From a virus (Duplodnaviria > Caudoviricetes), in IMG/VR virus record IMGVR_UViG_3300029305_004466: 64,000 nt of DNA. One strand, given 5' to 3'. Under the pieces are notes generated by a model. The model saw only the letters and a list, made by a program, of their open reading frames with translations. It ran no database searches and was not told the origin of the DNA. Positions 31,558 to 41,962 of this stretch are shown here, piece after piece (the first letter of the stretch is position 1; each line of letters opens with the position of its first letter). Made by a program: the position numbers and the translations under genes.

Positions 31558-32133
31558 ATGAAGTTATATGATTTTGAAGAAAGTTTTGTAGTTGCATTAA
31601 GAGAATACACTAGTGAAGAGACTAAGGGCTCTTATGATACCGATGGTTTAAATATTTTTGATTTCAGCACTGAGACATTCAATATGAATTCTTATATTGC
31701 TGGTAACAAAATATCTGAGCATCATTACATTTTTGGATATACCAATCGCATGAGTGGTCTTTTGTATCTGGAAGAAGGTAAGCGTGTTTATAATTGCCGT
31801 AATTATGATGGCAAATTGTTTATTGCTTTTGTAACAACAAAGCATCACAAAATCAGTGATGAAATTTATGGCTTTAAGGCAACAGTTAATAAGGTTATAT
31901 TCTATGGTTCTGACAATTCCTATAGACTTGGTGAGCATAATTATCCTGTATTTGCCGGAGACCATATTGAATTCTATAGAGCTCATCAGAGTTATACAGA
32001 AAAACAGACTGATATCCCAGATTGTATTTGGGAGGATAAGACGAAAACACGTTACGTATGGGGTAAACCATTTATTTCTAAGATGCACGAAGATGTAGTT
32101 ATTGATTTCAATGATAATAAGGAGGTGAAATAA
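31558..32133 (+). CDS. Hypothetical protein
   Basis: Same leader; 191 aa. Confidence 0.55.
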   Translation: MKLYDFEESFVVALREYTSEETKGSYDTDGLNIFDFSTETFNMNSYIAGNKISEHHYIFGYTNRMSGLLYLEEGKRVYNCRNYDGKLFIAFVTTKHHKISDEIYGFKATVNKVIFYGSDNSYRLGEHNYPVFAGDHIEFYRAHQSYTEKQTDIPDCIWEDKTKTRYVWGKPFISKMHEDVVIDFNDNKEVK

Positions 32134-32277
32134 TATGTTAGATTGGTATTGGATTGAGGAAGGTGCTGTTTGTGTATTCACTGTTAATGATGAAGAGATT
32201 GAAAGATGTGATGATGATGAGTTTGATAAGGTGCATGATAGACTGGCATCTAAATATCCAACAAGGAGGTAATTATT

Positions 32278-32487
32278 ATGAATAGATTTAAGAAGGAATT
32301 AAAGAAACACGGTGTTATGTTAGAACATGAATACGACTATTTACCATATCCGGTTGGTGGTAATGTTGTTTTAGAGGGGGTGATTGTTAATGCAGAGACT
32401 GCTACAGTTGCTACTTACTACAATACTATTGCTCTCTTTGACCATTACGGCAGAGACTTTAGTGTTGTTGAGCAAGATTTCGATTAG
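32278..32487 (+). CDS. Hypothetical protein
   Basis: AAGGAGGT RBS; 69 aa. Confidence 0.5.
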   Translation: MNRFKKELKKHGVMLEHEYDYLPYPVGGNVVLEGVIVNAETATVATYYNTIALFDHYGRDFSVVEQDFD

Positions 32488-32652
32488 TCCAACCCTTCGG
32501 GACGGCTTCCCCCGTGGTGTACTGTCATGCAAGAGCCCCCCGCAAGGGGGGCGTTGGGGGGAGGCACGGCTTTTGGTTTGGGTTTCCCCCGTGAGGGGGA
32601 TGCAAGGGGGCGGTCTGGCTCTTGAAAAAGACACGGCTTTATATATGTCCAC

Positions 32653-32681
32653 TTGACGGGACATTATAGATATATTATAAT
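32653..32681 (+). promoter_or_regulatory. Sigma-A type promoter of the wHTH gene
   Basis: TTGACG-17 bp-TATAAT. Confidence 0.7.
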
Positions 32682-32723
32682 TGTCCTGTCGATGAGACAT
32701 AATAATAATTTAGGAGGTGTCCT

Positions 32724-33008
32724 ATGAACGAGACACAACAAAGAATATTTAACTTTATTAATTATTTATGCAACTCATGTTTATTACATGATGATAATGG
32801 TAATAAACTAAATAATATGCCTGTCCTGTTGACGAGACATGCCATTGCTAGAAAGTTATGTCTCTCCGAGAAGACAGTGCAAAGGAATTTGGATTGGCTT
32901 GTTAATAATAAACATATATATAGAATAAGTCTATCTGGTGTCTATATATATAATACTAAACCTATAACTAATGTTAATGATGTTATCTGTAGGATAAGGT
33001 ATAGTTAA
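32724..33008 (+). CDS. Winged-helix DNA-binding protein
   Basis: LTRHAIARKLCLSEKTVQRNLDWLVNNKHIYR. Confidence 0.75.
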   Translation: MNETQQRIFNFINYLCNSCLLHDDNGNKLNNMPVLLTRHAIARKLCLSEKTVQRNLDWLVNNKHIYRISLSGVYIYNTKPITNVNDVICRIRYS

Positions 33009-33705
33009 ATGTCCCTTCGGGAGGACATATTATTATAGATTAGATAGGTTATATAGATAATAGTATGTATTGGTATATATAAGATATATAATATAACCGT
33101 ATATCGAAGTCTATATTCGACTGCTTATATATAATATGTTGTTAAGAGTGCTTTGTATCTCTTAATTTTATTATATTATATATAGGCGGTTCGAGAGGAG
33201 GCTACCTGCCCTTTTGATACTTATTATTGGCTTTTACAATTAAAATTGTAACATTTATCATCTATATGTATCTATTATATATAGGTGTTCTTATATATGG
33301 CTATAGGCTATATAGGTATTCATCTTATATAGGGTATTAATAGGTATTCATTATCTATTATTATTCTCTATATATGATGTTGTTATATATTTTTTTAATA
33401 AGACTCTACGGAGATAAGGCTCTATTTATAGTATCTCTTAGGGTCTTTTTATTATATATATCTTTATACTTTACGACTAGTAATTGTTATATGATTACTG
33501 GTTGTTTTTATTCTATATTTCATTCATTTTGATGTTCTTTTTATTCAAAATGTGTGTTTAATATACATGTCACTTTTTGATTTAGTAGTTTTGTTGTTAA
33601 AGATTTTTACAACAGTGCTACATTATATTACTTTAATTTATGTGCATATGCCCTCCCGTTCGGGAGGGCTAAAATAATTTTTACTTTTGAAAGGAGTATT
33701 ATATT

Positions 33706-36700
33706 ATGAGTATTTTATTAACAATCAACGAATTACGTAGCAAGGTGTGGAACACAGTAAAGAATGCAGGTAAGCATACATGGAAGGATATTTGCTCCAT
33801 GAACCGTAAAGAGCTTGAGGATTTAAACGTTCCTAGCTATTTAGAGAAGTTTGCTGAATCCGAAACTATTGGTGGTGTTACTTTTACTGGTAAGAGACTT
33901 TCTCCTGCTATTGTTGAGGAGAACTACAAGAACATGTGCTCTAAGCTTTCTCAGTTTGAGATTGACAGAGCAAAGGCAGAGATTGAGGCTTCCGCTAAGA
34001 AGGCAGGATGTACACCTAACTTAACATGGCAGGAAATCTGGGCAACTCATAAGGATTTTCAGCACCGTGTATCTCACCAGAAGAGAGAGATTACTTCCCA
34101 GACTAAGGTGTGTGGATATAATATCACTCCAGATGAAAAGCGTGAGTATTACACAATGGATTTAAGCAAGAAAATGGAAGTTAAGGACATTGACCGCAAT
34201 ACCAATATTAAAGATTGGTTATTTGATGTTGCAGTTCCTTATGCTGATTTAATGGAAACAGCAGAGAATCTGGGTGTTAACTTAGTTACTTTTGACCCAG
34301 AAGGTTTTGAAGTTCCAGAGTGTGACAATAAAGACCAGATGCTTAAGCAGTTGTTAACTCATGCTTACAAGTACGGTATTATTGATGTATCTACTGGCGA
34401 TAAGTATTTCCCAGTAGGTTTATCTGCTTCCAAGGCACGTTCTGGTGGTGTTATTTGGCTTGCAAATACAGGTAACTGGGCAAACATGGAGAAGTTCCGT
34501 GCTCAGGTTCTTCATGTTACAGACGAAGAGTATGCAAACATGAAGAAAGACCCATGTGTTATCGCTAAGTTCGAGACTGGTTCTATCGGTATGAGAACAT
34601 CTAGCGTTATTAATGTATCTAAAGCTGGTGCTAAGCTTCGTGGTGATAACAGCGTTTTAAGCAACATCAGATGTAAAGTTGTTCCAGATATTGTTGCTGA
34701 AATCCCTCTTACAACATTAGAACCGAATAAGGGTGCTGTAGGTGCATTAAAGCCATTTGAATTCGTTATGAGCGAAAGAATATATGAAGTGAATTATTCG
34801 GACGGTTGTAGCTTAATTAAGTTACAGACATTCGTTGATATTCTTCATCAGGCTGGTGAAATTACTGATAAGCAGTATCAGACATTCACAACAAAGTGGC
34901 GTGAATATGGCTTTGATTCCAAGATGCTTATTGAGGATGAAGAATTATACAGATTCCTCACATCTAAGGATTTCAAATCCGTTATGCAGGTTCGTTTCTT
35001 CGGTGGTGTAAAGGGTATGGTTATCCCTGTTGCTGAAATGGACGGAGATGAAAGACTTGCTGAAGTGGACATGCTTGTTTTCAAGAAGTCTGCTAAGTAT
35101 ATCTCTAAAGACGCTCCGTTTGAAGTTATTAACTTCTCCAAAGCTAAAAAGGGTATGGCTATGCTGAACTTCCAGTTCATTCAGGCTACTGTTACAGACG
35201 GCAACGTACTTATTAAGGGTGCTCAGAGAGCTTTTGAAATCGTAAAGAATGCTCTTAATGACCCAGCTGGTGCTTTAAAGTTCATCGCAGGCGTTAGAAA
35301 CTTAAACGATGACGGTGAAGAATTAGCTACCAAGATTGCAAATGACTTAGAAGTAGAGCCACGTTTAGTTACTGAACATTACCATCATGCTCAGCTTCTT
35401 GAAAAGGTTAAGAAGTATGTGCATAACGTAGGTTTTGGTAAGATTCCTGTTGACGGTGCATTCCAGTATATTGTAACAGACCCATTAAACCTTTATCACA
35501 AGGCTATGGGTGATGAATTTGAATCTGCTCTTAATGCAGGTGAAATTTATTACAATGGTATTGACGGTATTCAGGCTGGTATGTGGAGAAGCCCAATGAT
35601 TCACTACAGCGAGCCTCAGAGAGCTCTTTGTAAGCATGTTGATTACCTCTGGATGTATAAGGACATTATTGTTCTTAATCCAAGAGATGCCATTGCACCT
35701 GCTCTCGGTGGTGCCGACTATGACGGAGACAAATTCTTACTTTTATTGGATAAAAATGACAATTCCTTTGAAAGTGATTTTGTTAAACAGATTCAGATGC
35801 CGGGTTATGTTATCTATGATGAAGGCAATACTGCTCCTAAGGTAGATAACAATATTGAAAACCGTATTAAGTATTATGTTGCTTTATCCACTCCTAACCG
35901 TACAGGACAGATTACAAACTGGGCAACCTGTATCACAGACTTAATGATTAACGAACAGTTAAAAGGCAATATGAAAGCCTACAACTGGTACAAGAGAGTT
36001 CTTGTTCGTTTAAGATTTGCTCAGGGTTGGGAAATCGACCTTCCTAAGACTGGTATCAGTGCAGACGGTCCACAGGGCGACATGCTTCCTACAAAGTATT
36101 GTAAGCCTTCTATGAAGCCACAGTGGTTTGTAGACATGAGAACCTTCGAAGGTAGAGAAGTTTCTACAACTGATAAAGACGGTAATAATATTGTTTATAC
36201 TGGCAACTCTCCAATGGAACAGTTACATCAGTATGCTATTCAGTTCTGGAATCAGATTGTTGCAGGATATATTGTAACACCTAGAACTATGCTTGATGTA
36301 TTCCGTGCAACCTTTAATCAGGTAGAAAGCAATGCTTTTGAATCCATTAAGGGTCAGGTTATTGAATATGAACGCCTTTACAGAACTGAAAGTAAGAATA
36401 TTAACGGCTTACTTGATGCAGGTGTTATTTCCGAGCAGGAACAGAAAGATATGTTCGAAAAGCTGATTGAAACACATCACACATCTCTTAATTCCTTACT
36501 GGGTGGCAATGTAACTACAGATGTTATTGCATATGCTTGTTACTATGCCGCAAACTTTAGAAAGGATAAGAATGATAATAATACCAAGGTTACTGGTAAG
36601 AGAAGTTATGGTTGGGTATGCTATTATGCTGAAACCTTAGCTCTTTTATACCGTAATAATAATGGTATGAGCCTTGTTGCACTTCCAGACAAGGAAATGG

Positions 36701-37347
36701 ATAATATTGAAATCGTTAATGGTGAATTACTTATTGACGGCAACTATATTAAGTCCGTAGAGTATCCAGACGGTTCTTATTCCATTAAGGTTATTGAGAA
36801 CAAGCCGTTTATCGTTGTTCCTAAAACTCTTCCAATTATTACAGAGGAAGAAAAGAGAAGTTTTGAAATTGCTTATGCTAATAAACAGTTCAGCTTCGAA
36901 TGTACTAAGTTTACTGCTTACAATCAGAAACTTAATTCCGAACAGTTTATTGAAACCATCAAGAATAATAGCAACAGCTTTGATGTTGTGTTATTAACAG
37001 ACGGTTCCGTAAACATTTGCATGAACGGTTTGGTTTACGCATCTATTATCGAGTGTCCTAAGGAGCTCGTCAATAAGAAAGTAACTCTTGTAAGTCATAG
37101 TGAATTGACATTCGTTCCTAAGGCTAAGAGAGCTACAACTCTTATGAAAGACGAAACTAATGCTTATAGCAAAATGTTACGCTTTACTGTAATGATTAAT
37201 GTTGGCGAAGAAATTAACACCAACATTACCATTGCACAGACACCGACATATTGCTCTAATAGCAATGCTGATTATGATTATGGCGTAGAAGACCCTTCTA
37301 TGTACTATGATTATGATGCTCTTGCTAAGATGTATGAAAACGAATAG
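33706..37347 (+). CDS. Single-subunit two-barrel RNA polymerase (SPbeta YonO / cellular RdRP-like)
   Basis: 1213 aa; SDG, QVRFFGGVKGM, WRSP and catalytic GGADYDGD (DxDGD) motifs in RdRP-family order. Confidence 0.85.
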   Translation: MSILLTINELRSKVWNTVKNAGKHTWKDICSMNRKELEDLNVPSYLEKFAESETIGGVTFTGKRLSPAIVEENYKNMCSKLSQFEIDRAKAEIEASAKKAGCTPNLTWQEIWATHKDFQHRVSHQKREITSQTKVCGYNITPDEKREYYTMDLSKKMEVKDIDRNTNIKDWLFDVAVPYADLMETAENLGVNLVTFDPEGFEVPECDNKDQMLKQLLTHAYKYGIIDVSTGDKYFPVGLSASKARSGGVIWLANTGNWANMEKFRAQVLHVTDEEYANMKKDPCVIAKFETGSIGMRTSSVINVSKAGAKLRGDNSVLSNIRCKVVPDIVAEIPLTTLEPNKGAVGALKPFEFVMSERIYEVNYSDGCSLIKLQTFVDILHQAGEITDKQYQTFTTKWREYGFDSKMLIEDEELYRFLTSKDFKSVMQVRFFGGVKGMVIPVAEMDGDERLAEVDMLVFKKSAKYISKDAPFEVINFSKAKKGMAMLNFQFIQATVTDGNVLIKGAQRAFEIVKNALNDPAGALKFIAGVRNLNDDGEELATKIANDLEVEPRLVTEHYHHAQLLEKVKKYVHNVGFGKIPVDGAFQYIVTDPLNLYHKAMGDEFESALNAGEIYYNGIDGIQAGMWRSPMIHYSEPQRALCKHVDYLWMYKDIIVLNPRDAIAPALGGADYDGDKFLLLLDKNDNSFESDFVKQIQMPGYVIYDEGNTAPKVDNNIENRIKYYVALSTPNRTGQITNWATCITDLMINEQLKGNMKAYNWYKRVLVRLRFAQGWEIDLPKTGISADGPQGDMLPTKYCKPSMKPQWFVDMRTFEGREVSTTDKDGNNIVYTGNSPMEQLHQYAIQFWNQIVAGYIVTPRTMLDVFRATFNQVESNAFESIKGQVIEYERLYRTESKNINGLLDAGVISEQEQKDMFEKLIETHHTSLNSLLGGNVTTDVIAYACYYAANFRKDKNDNNTKVTGKRSYGWVCYYAETLALLYRNNNGMSLVALPDKEMDNIEIVNGELLIDGNYIKSVEYPDGSYSIKVIENKPFIVVPKTLPIITEEEKRSFEIAYANKQFSFECTKFTAYNQKLNSEQFIETIKNNSNSFDVVLLTDGSVNICMNGLVYASIIECPKELVNKKVTLVSHSELTFVPKAKRATTLMKDETNAYSKMLRFTVMINVGEEINTNITIAQTPTYCSNSNADYDYGVEDPSMYYDYDALAKMYENE

Positions 37348-37354
37348 TTTTATA

Positions 37355-37393
37355 ACTACCTCAGTCCCATTCGGGACTGGGGTAGTATTTTTT
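37355..37393 (+). terminator. Intrinsic terminator after the RNAP gene
   Basis: ACTACCTCAGTCCC-ATTC-GGGACTGGGGTAGT followed by a T-run. Confidence 0.6.
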
Positions 37394-37407
37394 GAAAGGA
37401 GTACGTT

Positions 37408-37749
37408 ATGAATATTAACACGACTATTAATCATCTTGATATTGCATGGCAGAATAAAGAAATGGGTATGATAGTGAGAAAACACATTATCTGTAAAGAC
37501 GGCTTTGAACTATCTGTACAAGGTAGTAAATACCATTATTGTTACCCTAGAGAAACCCAGAAGTATTATAAAGAACTTGAAATAATGTGTGACATTTCTA
37601 TGGATAAGCCATTACTTGAACCTTATTATGACGGTTCGGTTTGCCCTTATGTTCCAGTTGCTGTTATTGAAAAAGTTATTCTTCATCACGGTGGCATTAA
37701 CTGGAACTTAACTCAGAAAAGGAGGAAAGAAAATGTATATTCCAGATAA
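37408..37749 (+). CDS. Phage hypothetical protein
   Basis: IICKDGFELSVQGSKYHYCYPR motif; strong RBS. Confidence 0.55.
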   Translation: MNINTTINHLDIAWQNKEMGMIVRKHIICKDGFELSVQGSKYHYCYPRETQKYYKELEIMCDISMDKPLLEPYYDGSVCPYVPVAVIEKVILHHGGINWNLTQKRRKENVYSR

Positions 37750-38083
37750 GATTTACCATGCTACAAAATGGGAGAATTTATTATCCATTATGGCTACTGG
37801 TCTTGAGCCAAGAAATATGGAGCATTTAATTTATTTTGCAGACAGTTTTGCAGGTGCAAATGTCTTTCTGTATTTGCATGGTGTTCCGTTAAACGACATT
37901 ATTGTTGTTGAAATAGATACGAAAGACCTTGATAAGGATTTATTTGATTATGGTGGAGACCATAATGAATCGTTCTTTAAAGATATAAAGGTTTATACGT
38001 ATCCAATAGTAATTTCTCCAAAACATATATCTGGTTATTTGCAAATAGACACTGATTCTTTGGATAAGAATTTATTCAAATAG
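37733..38083 (+). CDS. Putative ADP-ribosyltransferase-fold protein (Tpt1/KptA/DarT-like)
   Basis: IYHAT...LLSIMATGLEP...IYFA...VVEID...ISPKHI pattern of small ART-fold proteins. Confidence 0.55.
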   Translation: MYIPDKIYHATKWENLLSIMATGLEPRNMEHLIYFADSFAGANVFLYLHGVPLNDIIVVEIDTKDLDKDLFDYGGDHNESFFKDIKVYTYPIVISPKHISGYLQIDTDSLDKNLFK

Positions 38084-38093
38084 GAGGATTTTG

Positions 38094-38873
38094 ATGTTTT
38101 TTAGAGATGAATATGCTTTTCTTAGTAATATGTATGAAACTCCTGTAAGATTTATAAGAGAAGGTGTTCCATATACTTTTCGATGCGTTGAAAGTGCATT
38201 CCAAGCTTGCAAATGTCCTAGCAGAATGAATGAATTTCTTAACCTTAATGGTTATGATGCTAAGAAACTAGGCAGACAAGTAAAACTTAGACCAGACTGG
38301 GAAGACATTAAAATTGATTTAATGAAGTTCCTTTTGAAACTTAAGTTTAACCAGAATATCCTTTTAAAGACAAAGCTTGCAAACTTAAAAGGAGATATCG
38401 TTGAACATAATACATGGGGCGATAAATTCTGGGGAGTATATAATGGAGTTGGAGAAAACCATTTAGGTAAAATACTAATGGATTTAAGAGACTCTTATAA
38501 CCCATTTTATTGTCTGGTTGTTGGTTCTAGAAGTTTTAACGATTTTTCTTTGATGTGCGAAAAACTTGACTTTTTATTACGAGATAAGAAATATGTTACA
38601 ATCGTTTCTGGCGGTGCAGAAGGAGCTGATAAATTAGCTGAAAGATATGCCATAGAACATGGATATGAATTAAAAGTGTTTAATGCAGATTGGGATACTT
38701 ATGGTAAATCAGCAGGCTATAAACGTAATGAAGAAATGCATAATTTCATATCCGTCCCTTCGGGACGAGACAGAATTGTTGTAGCATTTTGGGACGGTTC
38801 TTCTAAAGGAACTGCCCATAGTTTTGAGCTTGCAACAAAATATAATAATCCTATTGAGGTTTATAAGTATTGA
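38094..38873 (+). CDS. NADAR domain fused to a YspA/SLOG-like (DUF2493) domain
   Basis: FLSNMY...VESAFQACK...AKKLGR...LRPDWE...KFNQN...WGDKFWG...GENHLGKILM (NADAR), then VVGSRSF...IVSGGAEGADKLAERYA...AGYKRN...AFWDGSSKGT. Confidence 0.85.
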   Translation: MFFRDEYAFLSNMYETPVRFIREGVPYTFRCVESAFQACKCPSRMNEFLNLNGYDAKKLGRQVKLRPDWEDIKIDLMKFLLKLKFNQNILLKTKLANLKGDIVEHNTWGDKFWGVYNGVGENHLGKILMDLRDSYNPFYCLVVGSRSFNDFSLMCEKLDFLLRDKKYVTIVSGGAEGADKLAERYAIEHGYELKVFNADWDTYGKSAGYKRNEEMHNFISVPSGRDRIVVAFWDGSSKGTAHSFELATKYNNPIEVYKY

Positions 38874-39025
38874 TAATTACCTTCGCTCCCATTCGGGAGC
38901 TTAATAGTAGTCATAATAGACTATTCCTTTCCTTCAACCCATGTACACTTTCGCAACAGCATGGGTTGTTGACAGTTCTGGCAGGCAGCTTCGCTGCCTG
39001 CCTTTTTTTATAAAGATTACCGGAG

Positions 39026-39301
39026 GTGTGGCTTTTGAACAGGCCAGTAATGAATTTAAAGAAACAAGAATATAAAGGTGTCCCACTGTTTCTAATTAAC
39101 AGAAACTATACAGGTTATAACGCTATGCGTTTTATGTTAGGTTCAAGAACATCTGGACAAAACATTTGGATACCTAATTGTTATCTACAAGAAGACGGAA
39201 CTTTAAAGACAAATATCAATATTGATTTTATCTTTAAAAAAGCATACTGGCAGAAGAAGTTTGAATATGCTAAAATAGATGTAAATCCGTTATTATGGTA
39301 A
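39026..39301 (+). CDS. Hypothetical protein
   Basis: 91 aa. Confidence 0.45.
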   Translation: MWLLNRPVMNLKKQEYKGVPLFLINRNYTGYNAMRFMLGSRTSGQNIWIPNCYLQEDGTLKTNINIDFIFKKAYWQKKFEYAKIDVNPLLW

Positions 39302-39313
39302 GGAGGTAAAAAC

Positions 39314-39640
39314 ATGGAAGAAATCTTAAGTACATTACAAGAGAATCATGCGTATGTTATTGCATCTGTTAATGGAGTAGGTAATTATGTTGGCAGAATC
39401 AAAGGCATAACATATGATGCAAACAATACTCCTATTATTGAGGTAGATATAGACAGTGTATCTTGTACAAAAACAATGCAAGTAAGCCAAACAGAAATTG
39501 AACTGTTAGCAAAAGACTGGTGCATTGAGCACGGTAAAACCTACAAAGGAAATGATGATAATGGTGTTTATTATATAAATGAAGATAGTACAACATCATA
39601 TCATAGTCTTATTGCAGAGGAGGCAACTAATGAAAATTAA
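39314..39640 (+). CDS. Hypothetical protein
   Basis: AGGAGGT RBS; 108 aa. Confidence 0.55.
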   Translation: MEEILSTLQENHAYVIASVNGVGNYVGRIKGITYDANNTPIIEVDIDSVSCTKTMQVSQTEIELLAKDWCIEHGKTYKGNDDNGVYYINEDSTTSYHSLIAEEATNEN

Positions 39641-39786
39641 ACCATATTTTAGCGTTAATTTCTGCTATAAGTGTAAAGCTCCAGTTCCGAGACTGGGGCT
39701 TTCTTTACGCACAAAAGCAGGCAATGTTTCTGTAAATACTCCTTTTATCTGCCCTAATTGCAGAAGAAAGAAAAAGAGGTGATTAT

Positions 39787-40017
39787 ATGAAACGTTATTT
39801 ATTACGTTGGAAATTCCATAAGTACAACATTGCGTTACAGGAAACAGGTGTAGAAGATAGAGAACAGTATTTTGATAAGTTCGAAGACCTTCTTAAATGT
39901 TATCGAGAAAAGAAAAAAGCAATGGTTGCAGGTTGTATTTATTACAATACCGATTTTGAAGTTTACACATTTGTTCTTGAAAAGCATGATATTGCTCAAC
40001 TTGATGCTTTATTATAG
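39787..40017 (+). CDS. Hypothetical protein
   Basis: GAGGTG RBS. Confidence 0.5.
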   Translation: MKRYLLRWKFHKYNIALQETGVEDREQYFDKFEDLLKCYREKKKAMVAGCIYYNTDFEVYTFVLEKHDIAQLDALL

Positions 40018-40028
40018 GAGGTGAAATC

Positions 40029-40355
40029 ATGTTAGATGCAAAACAAGTTATTGCAAAAATGAATGAGAGAGGCTTTACAGAAACTATGCGGTCTGTTAAA
40101 GACGGATATACTCCAGTTACTATTACATTCATGACCATGAGATTAGACGGTACAGACATTTCATGTACTGTTAACCTTGAAGAAGAAACTTTTGCTTTTA
40201 TGTGGGGCGTACCATGTTCTATCAACAGATTATCTACGCCACCTTGTAGCCCTGTTCTTGATGACAATCAGTTTAACCGTATTTATCGTAAGATACTTAA
40301 ACATGTACGGTTGTTGTACACTGAATTACAAAGAGAGGGTGATGTTCCATGTTAG
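40029..40355 (+). CDS. Hypothetical protein
   Basis: GGAGGTG RBS. Confidence 0.55.
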   Translation: MLDAKQVIAKMNERGFTETMRSVKDGYTPVTITFMTMRLDGTDISCTVNLEEETFAFMWGVPCSINRLSTPPCSPVLDDNQFNRIYRKILKHVRLLYTELQREGDVPC

Positions 40356-40843
40356 AACTCAGAGGTAATTACAATATTTTTGAATTACCGCAAAATCCAT
40401 CCGAGGCTATGTGTATTACAACAAATGGTATTGTAAAGAAAGACGGAAAAGCCGTTATGGGAGCAGGTATTGCAAAGCAAGCTAATTCTTTTTACCATAT
40501 TGATGACCTTTTAGGGAAATACATTACCCAGTATGGTAATCGTGCTTTTAATTTAGGTGTATATCCACGACTATATCTAAATAATAGCGTAGTATTCCGC
40601 CTTTTTACTTTTCCAACTAAACATCACTGGAAAGACGATAGCGATATTAATTTAATCGTCAAGTCATGTGAACAGTTGGTAGAAATGTGTGCCAAGTTTA
40701 GCATTACCAAATGCTATCTACCACCAGCAGGCTGTGGTTGTGGCAATCTTGACTACGAAACTACAGTTAAACCATGGATAAGTCAAATTCTTGACGATAG
40801 GTTTATAGTAGTTTTGTCGTCCCTTCGGGACGGAACCTTTTAA
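40349..40843 (+). CDS. Macrodomain (ADP-ribose hydrolase-like) protein
   Basis: CITTNG...AVMGAGIAKQA...FPTKHHW...LPPAGCGCGNL. Confidence 0.85.
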   Translation: MLELRGNYNIFELPQNPSEAMCITTNGIVKKDGKAVMGAGIAKQANSFYHIDDLLGKYITQYGNRAFNLGVYPRLYLNNSVVFRLFTFPTKHHWKDDSDINLIVKSCEQLVEMCAKFSITKCYLPPAGCGCGNLDYETTVKPWISQILDDRFIVVLSSLRDGTF

Positions 40844-40901
40844 GTCATATTGCCCCATTCGGGGCATTAATAGAAATATTACATGAGAAAGGAGTATAAT
40901 C

Positions 40902-41261
40902 ATGAAGATTAGCTTAAATTGCAAAGAGGTTTTAGCACTTAACAATATTATGGAAAGTGTAGAAAAGGATTCTGTAAAAGAACTTAGCGAATCCTTAAAG
41001 CGTAATAATCTTATCAAGGTTAGTCTTGATATTCCTACAAGTACTCTTAACGTTGACATTGACGAAGAGTATTCTGTAGAATTCCTTGAAGTGTACGGTA
41101 AGTACCTTGATGTTCTGATTAGTCAGGCAAAAACCATGTATAAGACCATGGTTCTGCTTACGGAAGAGACAGAAAAGGTTGTCGTTAAGCATATGGCTAA
41201 GAATGCCAAGAATGCTGAAGAAAAGACAGAAGAAACTTCTGAAGATACCAAGGAGGAATAA
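40902..41261 (+). CDS. Hypothetical protein
   Basis: GAAAGGAG RBS; 119 aa. Confidence 0.55.
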   Translation: MKISLNCKEVLALNNIMESVEKDSVKELSESLKRNNLIKVSLDIPTSTLNVDIDEEYSVEFLEVYGKYLDVLISQAKTMYKTMVLLTEETEKVVVKHMAKNAKNAEEKTEETSEDTKEE

Positions 41262-41502
41262 GACAATGCCAACATGTGCAAACTTAAGAGATATCCAGAG
41301 AGCAATCAGAGACAATTATGAATCTGATAATTACGGTTCTAGAGATGATTATCCAGACCATTATTATGATATTAAGCCTGCTTTAGAAAGAGAGGATGTA
41401 TTGTGTTCGGAACTCTTCTAATAACAGGTATTTGTTGCAAAGTGAGCCCCGTTTTGGGGCTCTTTTGCTTTTGTGTTTTAACTTTTAAGTGAGGTGAAAT
41501 AA

Positions 41503-41901
41503 ATGAATAGTCAGAAAAACTCTGTCATTCGGTGTCCTCAGTGCGGTAACGCTTGTAATAAAACAGAAACACCACTTACTCATGAGCATTCTATCGAATG
41601 CAGAGTTTGTGGCTATCAGGAAATAAACACCGTTGACAGTAAAGAAGTGTTTAAAGGATATGGTTCACTTGTAACAGATAGTATATCTGTAATATTCCAT
41701 GAGCCTATCTCTTTTGAAAAAGAACAGGAGATTTTACAAAGCATCTCCAATGTATCAAATGCTCTTTTTGTGAAATATACAGATGAGTTTGGTTTAACAG
41801 TTCTTAAAGGAGAACTTCCGCAAGATTTAACAGATGAAGAAGAAGAACAGATTAAACATCTGTTATCTGAACATGAATATTATAACAGTATACGTTATTA
41901 A
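41503..41901 (+). CDS. Zinc-ribbon protein
   Basis: CPQCG...ECRVCG. Confidence 0.55.
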   Translation: MNSQKNSVIRCPQCGNACNKTETPLTHEHSIECRVCGYQEINTVDSKEVFKGYGSLVTDSISVIFHEPISFEKEQEILQSISNVSNALFVKYTDEFGLTVLKGELPQDLTDEEEEQIKHLLSEHEYYNSIRY

Positions 41902-41962
41902 ATAACGCCCCGTTCGGGGCGTTTATAGTAGTTGTTATTTTTATAGAAAGGAGAGATACTCT

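Larger units (their letters stand above)
32646..33027. repeat. Five 18-bp palindromic boxes TGTCY-N8-RGACA
   Basis: Copies at 32646, 32682, 32822, 32859 and 33010. Confidence 0.75.
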
